This document shows, piece after piece, positions 22,701 to 35,014 of a stretch of 64,000 bases of DNA. Below the pieces are notes generated by a model. That model saw only the letters and a list, made by a program, of their open reading frames with translations. It did no database searches and was not told where the DNA came from. The DNA comes from Haliotis rubra (lineage: Eukaryota), in NCBI RefSeq assembly GCF_003918875.1, contig NW_025766769.1:620001-684000 (forward strand). Reading direction: 5' to 3'. The stretch's first letter is position 1; each line of letters begins with the position of its first letter. Both the position numbers and the translations under genes were made by a program.

Positions 22701-25594
22701 ATGACCAGGACGCACAACGGTCGCCATACCTATGGTCCGGCGTCCCTTGTACCTTCCGCATACTACCTAAGATGCCATTTTTGACATTTTAGTGGCGTTC
22801 TTTGAACGTCCTAGGCGTCCTCTCTGCCTTCCCTCTGCCTTCTCTGAACCATCATATGCAAATAACGGCGTCCGTTCAGCGTTGCTTCTGCCTTCTAGCC
22901 GACCGTTGTGCCTTCCTTGTGCATTCTCTGGCGTTCGCTCTGCCTTCTCTCTGCGTCATGTGGCGACTGTTTGGCAACCTGCATACTCTAGGTATATAAG
23001 TACCCGACTACGACATTTTATCATTAGTTTCATACGAGCGGGCTAAATGAAATCATCTTATAACGACTTCAGTAAGCATGAACAATGAACTGCGTTTGCA
23101 AATAACTTTTTTGCAAGGTCAACAAGCATTGTTTTTCAACCAGATAGCCATTGCCATCTTAAATAGGAGGATAAATAGACGTAGAACAAGAAGCTTGAGA
23201 ACCCTGTGGGTCCGCCCATGGTTGACGCAACACAGACGGTTGCAATACGGGGACTACAACCAACTAATGCAAGAACTGCGTCTTGAAGATGAAGGGTCAT
23301 TCTACAATTATCTGAGAATAGAGCCAGCCCCTTTTGACGAACTTCTACAACGGGTTGGCCAAGGAATCGCAAAACAGAACACAAATCGGCGAGCGAATTT
23401 AGAGCATGGTTTGAAACTTGCCGTAACCATCAGGTTCCTTACAACTGGGGACAAATACCCAAGCCTCCAGTACCAGTATCGTGTGTCACGCAGTACGATC
23501 TCCATTTTTGTGCCTGAAGTTTGCAGAGCTATCCGAGATGAATATAAGAATGAAGCTCTCAAATGCCCAAGGAACTCCCAAGAGTGGAAAGCTGTTGTAG
23601 ATGACTTTCAGAGACGTTGGAACTTACCCCATGCATGTGGAGCCATTGATGGGAAACATATAGCCGTGCGTTGTCCACCAAACACAGGCAGTCTCTACCA
23701 CAACTATAAGGGATACTTCTCTCTTGTCCTTCTTGCATTAGTGGATGCAAATTATACATCTTTATGGTGTGATGTTGGTGTGTTGGAACGATGTCAGACA
23801 GTTAGATTTTCAATGAATCTGAAGTTCAGATTCTGAACTGAAGACCAGCCTCGAAGATGGCACAATAAACTTTCCAACTCCTGATCCATTGCCGAATGAT
23901 GACCGTGACATACCATTCTTCCTACTCGGGGATGATGTATTTGCCCTCAGAACCCACATGATGAAGCCATATTCAATAAGGGCACTCACCAAGGGGCAAC
24001 GGATCTTCAACTATTGTATTTGAAGTGTTGTGTATGGAACTGAATGGAATTGTTTGATGATGTTCATATATTTACTCTTTATTAGTCTTATGAGCTCGTT
24101 ATGGATATCTAGATTTCAAAATAAGATATCAATGTGTGTATATTGTTTGTTCTCAAATACCGTGGAAATCGGCAGTGCAAGACCTATTTATATGTAATCT
24201 GGAAAGGCAGAGTAAAGGCAGAGCGAACGCTGCGGTTGTTCAAAGGGATGCGCTAGTCGCTGAATGAAGGCAGAGTGAATGCTCAATGAACGCCAATGGA
24301 TGCTCGACAGACGCACAATGAAGGCAGAGAGAAGGCAGGGACAACGTGGCAGTTTACAAGGGTTTTATGTGGCGTCCTTTCGCCAACCGTTGTGCCTTCA
24401 CTCTGTGACCTCTGTCTTCCCTCTGTGACCTCTGTCTTCCGTCTGCGTCCTGTGATCAATCAACAATGACGGTGACCGCTCTGCGTTTGTTTAGAGCATG
24501 TTCAATCCAGTCGCCACTGCAGTGCCGTTCTGAGCCGTTCTTGGCATTGGCTCTGCCTTCTTTCTGCCTTCATGGCGATGGCTCTCTGCCTTCTCTCTGC
24601 GTTCCTCGTGCCTCCTTTGAGCGTCCAGTGGCGTTCTGAAAATTGTTAGAACGCAGAGGGAAGGCAGAGCGGTCGCCGTCCTGTGTAACGGGGGCCTTAA
24701 TTTACTTATGTACACTTAAATACGTTCAATACATTTCCATATTTCTGGCCTGTGCGTTTCTTTTTTATTAAAATGTTTAATATGATAAGGTCACTAAACA
24801 GCCTGAACATGGTATGGTAAGAGTCATGGTTTGGTAAGTGCAAGGACAATCTCAGTGAGATTTTCAAGCGTCTGCTGTTTTTTTTTTTTTATTTCAGCAA
24901 TTTCTTGCTGGTAGTGCGAGCTATGTGAGTGTTGCCATGGACAACCACGCCGGCATTGCCTACGGCACCAGCATCTGTATCCCCGAGATGAACCAGCGAT
25001 ACAACAAACACATTGTCTTTAAGGTGGGTCAGGTAACTTCGATCACCTGTATTACAGGTGTGGTAGACATCGTCACAGATAGCAATGTACACCAGTAGAT
25101 GAATCACAGATACAACAAGCACATTGTCTTTAAGGTGGGTCAGGTAACTTCGATCACCTGTATTACAGGTGTGGTAGACGCCGTCACAGATAGCAATGTA
25201 CACCAGCAGATGAATCACAGATACAACAAGCACATTGTCTTTAAGGTGGGTCAGGTAACTTCGATCACCTGTATTACAGGTGTGGTAGACACCGTCATAG
25301 ATAGCAATGTGTGTGTATACTATTTTCACATATGGATATCTAATAGCCTCCATCCCCGCATAATTATACAGTAACGACCCTAAGCGTCGCACATTTAGGG
25401 CTGCTAAATCCTTGTGTGATACTCATATATGACGTGGCAATGTTTAGCTGTGAATTGTTCTTTCTCCGAAGGTAGTAGACACGGGGTCAGCGTTCTTTGG
25501 TAAAGGTCACAGCCGTATTGACATCTGCGTCAGCTCCCAGGCCAACTCGTACGACTCCACAATCAACGGCCATCTCACCCTTGTCTTTCCTTGA
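16710..25594 (+). CDS. Secreted 3D-domain (MltA-like three-Asp, putative peptidoglycan lytic transglycosylase) protein, copy 1, 140 aa; join(16710-16755,20980-21107,24898-25023,25472-25594)
   Basis: GCCATG start and signal peptide MLLLVCLSACVALAA; GT-AG introns with phases 1,0,0; motifs GTAYYP, VAMD, YGT.I.IP, VVDTGSAF, RIDIC; AATAAA at about 25626; exons 2-4 almost identical to copy 2. Exon 1 assignment is less certain than exons 2-4. Confidence 0.8.
17030..17324. repeat. 39-bp C-rich minisatellite, left block
   Basis: CACCCACAACCTACACCTTACACGCCCACTACCCCAGCC units. Confidence 0.9.
17325..19040. repeat. 32-bp minisatellite (GAGGGTTGTCTAAGTCTGTAGTATAGGGATTA)
   Basis: About 50 diverged tandem units. 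Confidence 0.95.
19045..19972. repeat. 39-bp C-rich minisatellite, right block
   Basis: Same unit as 17030-17324; explains the HAHYPSPPTT ORF. Confidence 0.95.
19973..20770. repeat. 39-bp minisatellite (ACTAACAACACAGGTACGTACACACCTGTACATGTACTC)
   Basis: Tandem units with two alternating variants; junction 19938-20010 is re-duplicated at 20600-20672. Confidence 0.93.
21755..21902. mobile_element. Palindromic MITE with 3-bp CTG TSD
   Basis: Arms GACCCTGTTTCACAAAGCTCTCGTAAGCCTAAG... and ...CTTACGAGAGCTTTGTGAAACGGGGCC are reverse complements; CTG at 21752-21754 and 21903-21905. Confidence 0.85.
21930..22530 (+). pseudogene. Tc1/mariner DD34E transposase relic
   Basis: Frameshifted GGVGVMVWGAMSY...FQHDNTRPHTAR...PSNPPDLNPIEHLWD. 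Confidence 0.85.
22647..24697 (+). mobile_element. PIF/Harbinger DNA transposon, internally deleted, in intron 2 of 3D gene copy 1
   Basis: About 55-bp TIRs (AGGCCCC..TACACAGGACGGCGACCGCTCTGCCTTC.CTCTGCGTTCTAA); TAA TSD at 22644-22646 and 24698-24700; subterminal CTCTGCCTTC repeats; HARBI1-like ORF. Confidence 0.92.
23078..24022 (+). pseudogene. Harbinger transposase (HARBI1-like, DDE_Tnp_4), frameshifted and truncated
   Basis: KLAVTIRFLTTG, GAIDGKHI, YNYKGYFSLVLLALVDANY-like motif, frameshift near 23780-23836, then LLGDDVFALRTHMMKPY...IFNY followed by a stop. Confidence 0.9.
24987..25310. repeat. 111-bp repeat, 3 units, containing the exon end and 5' splice site of the 3D gene
   Basis: Unit = last 37 nt of the exon (GATGAACCAGCGATACAACAAACACATTGTCTTTAAG) + GTGGGT donor + intron start. 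Confidence 0.93.
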
Positions 25595-25829
25595 CCTCCA
25601 CGTGGTTGTTACGGGACGATGGAGAAATAAAAGACCCGGTCTTTCTTCTTCTACCATAATAAATAGAAACAATGCATCACTCTAAAGCGTTATTATTGAC
25701 CACCCACGTTGGTTGATCAAGCTCCCAGTCATTAAATCACGGGCAGATCATGAAACAACTTCACTTCCAATCTGAGAGACAGAAGAAGGGCGCCTTGTCC
25801 ATGGGTTGAAAGAGAACATGACAATGCAG

Positions 25830-27805
25830 CAACAGGTGACTCGATAACAGGTGACATGATAACAGATGACATGATAACATATGGCATGGTAACAGGTGAC
25901 ATGATAACAGGTGACATGGTAACAGATGACATGGTAACAGATGACATGGTAACAGGTGACATGATAACAGGTGACATGGTAACAGGTGACATGATAACAG
26001 GTGACATGGTAACAAATGACACAACAACAGGTGACATGGTAACATATGACATGATAACAGGTGACATGGTAACAAGTGACATGATAACATGTGACATGGT
26101 AACAGGTGACATGGTAACAGGTGACATGATAACAGGTGACATGATAACATATGACATGATAACAGGTGACATGATAACAAATGACACAACAATAGGTGAC
26201 TCAACAACAGGTGACATGATAACATATGACATGATAACAGGTGACATGATAACAGGTGACATGATAACAAATGACACAACAACAGGTGACATGATAGTAG
26301 ATGACACAACAATAGGTGACTCAACAACAGGTGACATGATAACATATGACATGATAACAGGTGACATGATAACAAATGACACAACAACAGGTGACATGAT
26401 AACAGATGACACAACAACAGGTGACATGATAACAGATGACACAACAATAGGTGACTCAACAACAGGTGACATGATAACATATGACATGGTAACAGATGAC
26501 ATGATAACAAATGACACAACAACAGGTGACTCAACAACAGATGACATGATAACAAATGACACAACAACAGGTGACATGATAGTAGATAACACAACAATAG
26601 GTGACTCAACAACAGGTGACATGATAGCATATGACATGATAACAGGTGACATGATAACAAATGACACAACAACAGGTGACACAACAATAGGTGACTCAAC
26701 AACAGGTGACATGATAACATATGACATGATAACATATGACATGATAACAGGTAACATGATAACAGATGACACAACAATAGGTGACTCAACAACAGGTGAC
26801 ATGATAACAGGTGACATGATAACAGGTGACATGATAACAAATGACACAAGAACAGGTGACATGATAGTAGATGACACAACAATAGGTGACTCAACAACAG
26901 GTGACATGATAACATATGACATGATAACAGGTGACATGATAACAAATGACACAACAACAGGTGACATGATAACAGATGACACAACAACAGGTGACATGAT
27001 AACATATGACATGGTAACAGATGACATGATAACAAATGACACAACAACAGGTGACTCAACAACAGATGACATGATAACAAATGACACAACAACAGGTGAC
27101 ACACCGAGAGGTGACTCAACAACAGGTGACATGATAACAGGTGACATGATAACAGATGACACAACAATAGGTGACTCAACAACAGGTGACATGATAACAT
27201 GTGACATGATAACAGGTGACATGATAACAAATGACACAACAACAGGTGACATGATAGTAGATGACACAACAATAGGTGACTCAACAACAGGTGACATGAT
27301 AACATATGACATGATAACAGGTGACATGATAAGAAATGACACAACAACAGGTGACATGATAACAGATGACACAACAACAGGTGACATGATAACAGATGAC
27401 ACAACAACAGGTGATATGATAACAGATGACACAACAGCAGGTGACATGATAACAGATGATACAACAACAAGTGACATAATAACAGATGACACACTAACAG
27501 ATGATACAACAACAACAGGTGACATGATTACAGGTGGCACAACAATAGATGACACACCAATAGGTGACACAACAACAGGTGACACAACAACAGGTGACAT
27601 GATAATAGATGACACAACAACAGGTGACATGATAACAGATGATGTGACAACAGATGACATGATGACATATGGCTCGATAACAGGTGACACAATAACAAGT
27701 GACACGATAACAGGTGACATGATAACAAATGATACGACAACAAATGACATGATAGCAGATGACTCGATAACAGGTGACAATAACACGTGACATGATAACA
27801 GATGG
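25830..27805. repeat. 15-bp minisatellite (AACAGGTGACATGAT and variants) with higher-order blocks
   Basis: About 130 units; gives 584-700-aa low-complexity ORFs on both strands. Confidence 0.95.
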
Positions 27806-28307
27806 CACGAAAACAGGTTATGGATTTTGGACAAAGCTTTCTTTCAGGTTCGATACAATTGCGCGCACGCGTACGTGCGTGCGCGTGCGTGCGTACGTGT
27901 GTGCGTGCGTGTGTGTGTACGTGTTGATTCCCAAGTTGAAACTATGTAAGAATACACAATGCTGTAAATTCTAAAAAAACACTTCTAAATTCTCAATATA
28001 TCATGCATCTTTCAATACATAATCCTGAAGACATCGCTTCGACTTTTAGTTCGTGATTCACAATTTGCACATGCATGTTCGCATAGGGAGCCACATTTGG
28101 ATGTTGGAGTCTTTGTAAGAAGCTAAAGCATTATACTCGTATAAACAGCGACTGTTTGGCTCTCAGATGGAACAAACATATATTCTAACCGTAAATGACG
28201 CTTAACGCTGTATTAACTGTTGGGAACATTCCTGGCTTGAGACCAATTGGTTTCATGTCAGCCCACACCTTCGACCTAGCCACGCCTAGCTTGATTTGAC
28301 ATTACCT

Positions 28308-28700
28308 GAGTGGTGGTATAACGGCTTACAGGAGACGGGGTGGTATAACGGCTTACTGGAGATGGTGTGGTATAACGGCTTACTGGAGATGGTGTGGTAT
28401 AACGGCTTACAGGAGACGGATTGGTATAACGGCTTACAGGAGTCGGAGTGGTATAACGGCTTACAGGAGACGGGATGGTATAATGGCTTACAGGAGACGG
28501 GGTGGTATAACGGCTTACTGGAGATGGTGTGGTATAACGGCTTACAGGAGACGGATTGGTATAACGGCTTACAGGAGACGGAGTGATATAACGGCTTACA
28601 GGAGACGGTGTGGTATAACGGCTTACAGGAGACGGTGTGGTATAACGGCTTACAGGAGATGGGGTGGCAAAACGGCTTACAGGACACATTGTGGTATAAT
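28308..28700. repeat. 27-bp minisatellite (GGTATAACGGCTTACAGGAGACGGTGT)
   Basis: About 14 units; remnant also near 29400. Confidence 0.93.
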
Positions 28701-29859
28701 TTCATTTAGTGCTTAACACTCAATGCGTTTATTAAAACCATTCACACTTCTTTTCAGTTCATCCTTCCCCCTCGTTTATGTTTGCTTACGTCACTTCCGG
28801 TTATGTTAATTCCAATGACGTCATGTGTCTACTTCTGATTACGTCATCTTTTGTTTATCCATTGATTTTTTAGATTCCCACAGTGAGTCTATCCTCTTTG
28901 TCTCCTGCATTAAGTTATATTTTTGCTTCCCTCCCACCATTCCCTTGCTAGCCATTTCTCTCTTCTTTCTGTTTCCAGATTGTACATTATTGGCAAAGGG
29001 CTTGTAATGTCTGTGTATATATGCCTATGTCAATAAATGTTAGGGCTGGCCTCGATCTTGTGGGCTGCAATCCTTAATACCTAGGCAATACTCAAAATTA
29101 TGGCAGGACGGCTCTTCAGCCGGAATCTGTTTAACCCTTCTACTTCTCAGCGGATAGGAATCTTTTGGCTTTGCCTTATTATTGCCTGCTTTTCAGCAGA
29201 AATGTGATTGCTCTATTTGCTGCTGGCAACATTGTTGTCCATTGCTGCTGCTGCTGCTGGCAACTGTAGTTGCCCACCCTAACATACTCATTATTTATTT
29301 GGGCAGCCCACAGATCAGCCTCACCTCTGACCTTGAACCTAATATTGTCTTGCTTAGAATATTAGGTTAATATATATATGCCGAAAGATGTGTTTCAATA
29401 ACCGCTTACAGGAAACAGGGTGACAAAACGGCTTAGAAATGTCAACGTGTAACATGAGAATTCTGGCGGACAGACCTGGCTCTTCTTCCGGACGTCGTCC
29501 CCTTATAACATGTCTTGGATCAGATGGATCGACGATCAAACCAGTAAAGCTAGCACAGTTGGGTTCCACGTTTGGACAACCATCTGCTGTCTTCAATACA
29601 CCATAACAGGAAATTCTGATTCATATGGACAAAGAAGGACAATAGACCCCAAGTGGTACCCACCGGGAGGCCCGTGGCACTTGTCCCTGCTTTTAATGCC
29701 ACTGACACCAAATCCTTTGATAAACATGAGACAGTGGTTCTGACAAATAATGGTGATGTTATTTGAGGGAAGCCGTACTTGGATACAACAGAGCGGGGCA
29801 GTTTTCACTTTTCAGTTGCCATTTCTACAGATGACAACAACATCACGCACTGACATAAC

Positions 29860-30250
29860 ACACTCTAGAAGACGCTCCACAGGTTCCTCTTCTCCCCTCC
29901 ACTCTAGAAGACGTTCCACAGGTTCCTCTTCTCCCCTCCACTCTAGAAGACGTTCCACAGGTTCCTCTTCTCCCCTCCACTCTAGAAGACGTTCCACAGG
30001 TTCCTCTTCTCCCCTCCACTCTAGAAGACGTTCCACAGGTTCCTCTTCTCCCCTCCACTCTAGAAGACGTTCCACAGGTTCCTCTTCTCTCCTCCACTCT
30101 AGAAGACGTTCCACAGGTTCCTCTTCTCCCCTCCACTCGAGAAGACGTTCCACAGGTTCCTCTTCTCTCCCCTCCACTCTATAAGACGTTCCACAGGTTC
30201 CTCTTTTCCTTCCACTGTAGAAGACGTTCCACAGGTTCCTCCTCTCTCCC
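29860..30250. repeat. 39-bp minisatellite (CACTCTAGAAGACGTTCCACAGGTTCCTCTTCTCCCCTC)
   Basis: About 10 units. Confidence 0.95.
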
Positions 30251-31114
30251 ATTATTGACACATGTTTGGACAGCATACACTGTAATTCTGTAGTTGTAAA
30301 CCCTATCAGTAGCAGGCTGCTCGGGATATTTTGGTCCATATTTCAATAGTTGACGAGGGTTGTTGTCAACAACCGGCCTTACTGGAGACTGTTTGTAAAT
30401 CCACCTGTCAGTTAAAGCTATCAGGGATGTATTTCTTTTAACATACCAGAGTATAGTGTTGTTCTTACTTTGTACAATCCCAATGATTCCCGAAGGAGAG
30501 GCAGCACATCTCATAACTGAATGGTATCACGAGGCTTGACTCATTTCTTGAATCAAACAATTGTCGTTGACACGGCGTTGGTTAGAAAGGCTGCCCGTTA
30601 GGTTCTTTGAAAGGTTTTCTCTAAATTAGATGTCTTTAATTGAGTGAGATGGACAAACACCTGAAGATGACGTCAGTTGAAGTATTTGTATCTACTGCGG
30701 CTCCCATGTCAATCTGTAGATAAGGACAGTGGTCCTGCTGACACGCTGTAGACAGGTAGGTTGTAAGAGCTCGCTATCAGCCAACAACGCAAACTATTTT
30801 AGTTTTTAGTTTCATAGTTTTCAAATATGGTAAAGATTTTATCGCTATTTAATGCAGGCTGATGGGTTTCTGTTAACGCTCAAGCATGTTGTTGTCAATT
30901 TTTTGAAACATGTTTATCTTATCCAACGACACAGGTTTTTCACCTATTAACACTTGTTCTATCGTGAGATGAGATAAGCATTTTTCTCACAAGAAAAGAC
31001 ACCTGTTACACTTGTCATGAAATGTGTTATTGACCTTAGTCTGAAAACAACACTGCAAACAGCGCCGTCATCAAACGCCTATGTCCAGAATAAGGTAGAA
31101 GTTCACCAGTATAG

Positions 31115-31415
31115 ACATGTAGCCATGCTGAACACCCCCCTATATCGTTGATAGCCTGGGCATCAAGTATCTGACATGGTAGCCACGCTGAACACTCCCC
31201 TATATCGTTGATAACCTGGGCATCAAGTATCTGACATGGTAGCCACGCTGAACACTCCCCTATATCGTTGATAACCTGGGCATCAAGTATCTGACATGGT
31301 AGCCACGCTGAACACTCCCCTATATCGTTGATAACCTGGGCATCAAGTATCTGACATGGTAGCCACGCTGAACACTCCCCTATATCGTTGATAGCCTAGG
31401 CATCAAGTATCTGAT
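31115..31415. repeat. 60-bp tandem repeat, about 5 units
   Basis: Successive 60-nt lines are near-identical. Confidence 0.95.
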
Positions 31416-31539
31416 CAATCGATAACGTACAATACATGAAACAGTACATGTAGGCAAATTTAGTAAGTTTATTCTCCATCATAGCCGTGCCGATTGACAA
31501 GCATTTCATTCCTATCTGGGAATATTACCATGAATATCC

Positions 31540-32550
31540 AATGTCTGCTGTTTGACACGTGTATCTACCATTGTTGGTTGTCAGTTGTTTGACACGTGTA
31601 TCTTCCATTGTTGGTTGTCTGCTGTTTGACACGTGTATCTTCCATTGTTGGTTGTCTGCTGTTTGACACGTGTATCTTCCATTGTTGGTTGTCTGCTGTT
31701 TGACACGTGTATCTTCCATTGTTGGTTGTCTGCTGTTTGACACGTGTATCTTCCATTGTTGGTTGTCTGCTGTTTGACACGTGTATCTTCCATTGTTGGT
31801 TGTCTGCTGTTTGACACGTGTATCTTCCATTGTTGGTTGTCTGCTGTTTGACACGTGTATCTTCCATTGTTGGTTGTCAGCTATTTGACACGTGTATCTT
31901 CCATTGATAGTTGTCAGTTATTTGAAACGTGTATCTTCCATTGCTAGTTGTTGGCGATTTGACACGTGTATCTTCCATTGTTGGTTGTCAGCTGTTTGAC
32001 ACGTGTATCTTCCTTTGCTTGTTGTCAGCTATTTGACACGTGTATCTTCCATTGCTAGTTGCCAGCTATTTGACACGTGTATCTTCCTTTGCTAGTTGCC
32101 AGCTATTTGACACGTGTATCTTCCTTTGCTTGTTGTCAGCTATTTGACACGTGTATCTTCCATTGCTTGTTGTCAGCTATTTGACACGTGTATCTTCCAT
32201 TTCTAGTTGTCAGCTGTTTGACACGTGTATCTTCCATTGCTAGTTGTCAGCTATTTGACACGTGTATCTTCCATTTCTAGTTGTCAGCTGTTTGACACGT
32301 GTATATTCCTTTGCTTGTTGTCAGCTATTTGACACGTGTATCTACCATTGTTGGTTTCAGCTATTTGACACCTGTATCTTCCATTGCTTGTTGTCAGCTG
32401 TTTGACACGTGTATCTTCCATTTCTAGTTGTCAGCTATTTGACACGTGTATCTTCCTTTGCTTGTTGTCAGCTATTTGACACGTGTATCTTCCATTGCTA
32501 GTTGCCAGCTATTTGACACGTGTTTCTTCCATTTTGGCTTTATCAGCTGT
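31540..32550. repeat. 37-bp minisatellite containing ACACGTGT
   Basis: About 27 units of TTGACACGTGTATCTTCCATTGTTGGTTGTCTGCTGT and variants. Confidence 0.95.
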
Positions 32551-33231
32551 GTATCCAGCCTTCTCTGTTGATTGCCTGCTCATACACTAAACGCCAAAAG
32601 AAACGTTACCCTCCTACCTGTTTGAATTACTGAAATACTATCAAAGATATGTTAGAAGGTATTAGTTTACCAAAAAAGCTTAACAACACAAGTTTATGCA
32701 ACTCACGAAACAAAATTTTCAAAAACATTCATATTTAGGTGGAATGCATCTTTTCAGAAGAGTTTAATTGTCCTATCTATTCGTCCATGGCGAAATATAC
32801 CAATAACAGTGATTTTGATGCCCAAAAGAAAGACTGAAATAAAATTCTGCTTTGGGACAATGATAAACCATTTAAAGTCACCATTTTTCAACTATTAAAA
32901 AAAAGAAATGTTGTAGAGTGTGTAAAATTGTAAAATAATCATTCCTATGATTTCAGTCTTTTAAAATATTTTCTGCTGATTTGGATTAGTGTAAACAATT
33001 AAAACGTGTCTTTGATATTGTGAATTTTTTTTTAGGAACATCTAAAATTATCTTTGTTAACATTTCTGCTCGCAAAGTAACATTTTTCCATTTTCTGTTT
33101 ACACATAGCAATATCAGTCGCCAAAACGCAACAATATTCAAGCAGTATTTGCATCCATTTCACATGTAGAATAATTTATAGGGTATGAAGAGAGCCTAGA
33201 ATACATGATATGATACACAAGTACGAGAATT

Positions 33232-33445
33232 ATGCCACGATTAACAGCTGAAGATAGAGAAAGAGCCATTGGGATGGTGCAGATGGGGTCGACATACAAT
33301 GTTGTGCCAACGCGCTCGGATGCCAGCGTATCACGGTTATAAAACTTATTCAGGGCTTCAGACAGACTGCGGTCACCCTCGACAGACCAAGAAATGGACG
33401 TCCAAGCATCACAACGCCAGCTGAAGATAGGTACCTCCGTCATTA
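33232..33445 (+). pseudogene. Tc1/mariner transposase N-terminal (HTH) relic
   Basis: MPRLTAEDRERAIGMVQMG ... GRPSITTPAEDRYLR, with frameshifts. Confidence 0.75.
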
Positions 33446-35014
33446 AGGAAGGAGGGTGACGTTTCGTTTGGCGTTTAGTGTATGCCTTATCCTTCATCAA
33501 ACACCCGGAACTTGCTCCCGGGATATGTCTGGCCAGAACTCCTGGTGTCTTCTCATGGGCCGTTATGGGCCTTTGATTGTATGACTGGATTGTTTGACTG
33601 GATTGTATGACTGGATTGTTTGAGTATGACAACATGATAGGTGTCTATTCCACGATTGACTGATTGATAATACTTTATTGTCCTCAAGGAAATATGTCTA
33701 ACACTATAAGGTACCGTTCATAATTTATGGCTAGGAGAGGTGATTATGATTTACTACTTTTGTAAGTAAAATGTGTGAGTGAAAGACTACTTTTGTAAGT
33801 AAAATGTGTGAGTGAAAGACTACTTTTGTAAGTAAAATGTGTGAGTGAAACGATGTGTAATAAATCCAGTGATTGTCTTTCATGTTTTGTTTTGATTTCT
33901 TCACGTATCGATAGTAAGGAAAGATATCAAGGGGAAGTAACTCGGTGCATATACTGTGGTTTCAGCAGTACGAACGTTTCACTATCCGAACGTTTAAAGA
34001 AACCAAGGTGTTCGTATTAACGAGGCCTGACTGTATATGGAGACGCATGTGAATGACCTCCACTTTACCCCACCCCACCCCTAAAGTGTATGTATAAAGT
34101 AAGTACCCTACCTCCCATAAGTTTTAAGCATAACTTTTTCTTATTTTATTGTACAAAATTGCTGACCACCTAAGTACATGTGTACTAAGTAGCGTGTAAC
34201 ATTGAATACAGACATGACTATAGTACATACACAAACAGATTACCGAACAAACACACGGAGAGTAGTTACCAGGCAGCCCTTGTTCAAGCAAAGACCAGAT
34301 GTGTGAAAATATAAACTGTACATTGCAACTACAGCACAAACACTCATGGGGGTCTGTCACCATCGGTGTCATGCAGAAATGATGATATGGCCATATAGCT
34401 CATAATATTCCTTGGCTGTAAATATTGTTTCCACCTACACCAGAATGGTTTCGGTGAATATGGAGACTGACAAGGAGGCAATCAAACAGTGACCACGTGG
34501 TGTTCGCCATGTAACAATCGTTTTGATAAAACCACACCTGGTCCAGGTGATCAGAGGAGTGGTACGTTTTTCACGTGGCAAGATGTACGGAGATCGGTTG
34601 TGTCAGGCTTCATGTCTATATTCCCAGTTAACCAGTTGAAATATTACTTATAGCATGTACTGGGTTGTTTATCATAATAACACATCGACAGCGAGACAAT
34701 GTCCGTGTCTTAGATGTAATGTAGATGTAGATATATCTAAATGTTACCGTGGAGATATATCTTGGAAATATTACTTTGAAATACAATCATGATGCAACTT
34801 GAAACAATATCAGTGAAAGAACTGCTGTGGTGTGAGTCAATGGTTTTCATATGACTTTTATATTTATGAACACAAGTGAACATCTCTGTGTCCGGAGTTT
34901 AGTTATGTATGTGGTTAGAGCAACGCGTGCCAAGTACAACATGGCCGACAATTGAACCTACATGTAACAAAGTCTGTTAATCAAGGAGAATGTTTCAGAT
35001 TCAGATTCAAAATA

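Noticed and set aside
25732-27834. 644-700-aa Asp/Thr-rich or hydrophobic ORFs as a shell-matrix or mucin-like gene
   Set aside because: Open on both strands because the 15-bp unit lacks stops in those frames; no signal peptide, no convincing splice context, no codon-position bias evident
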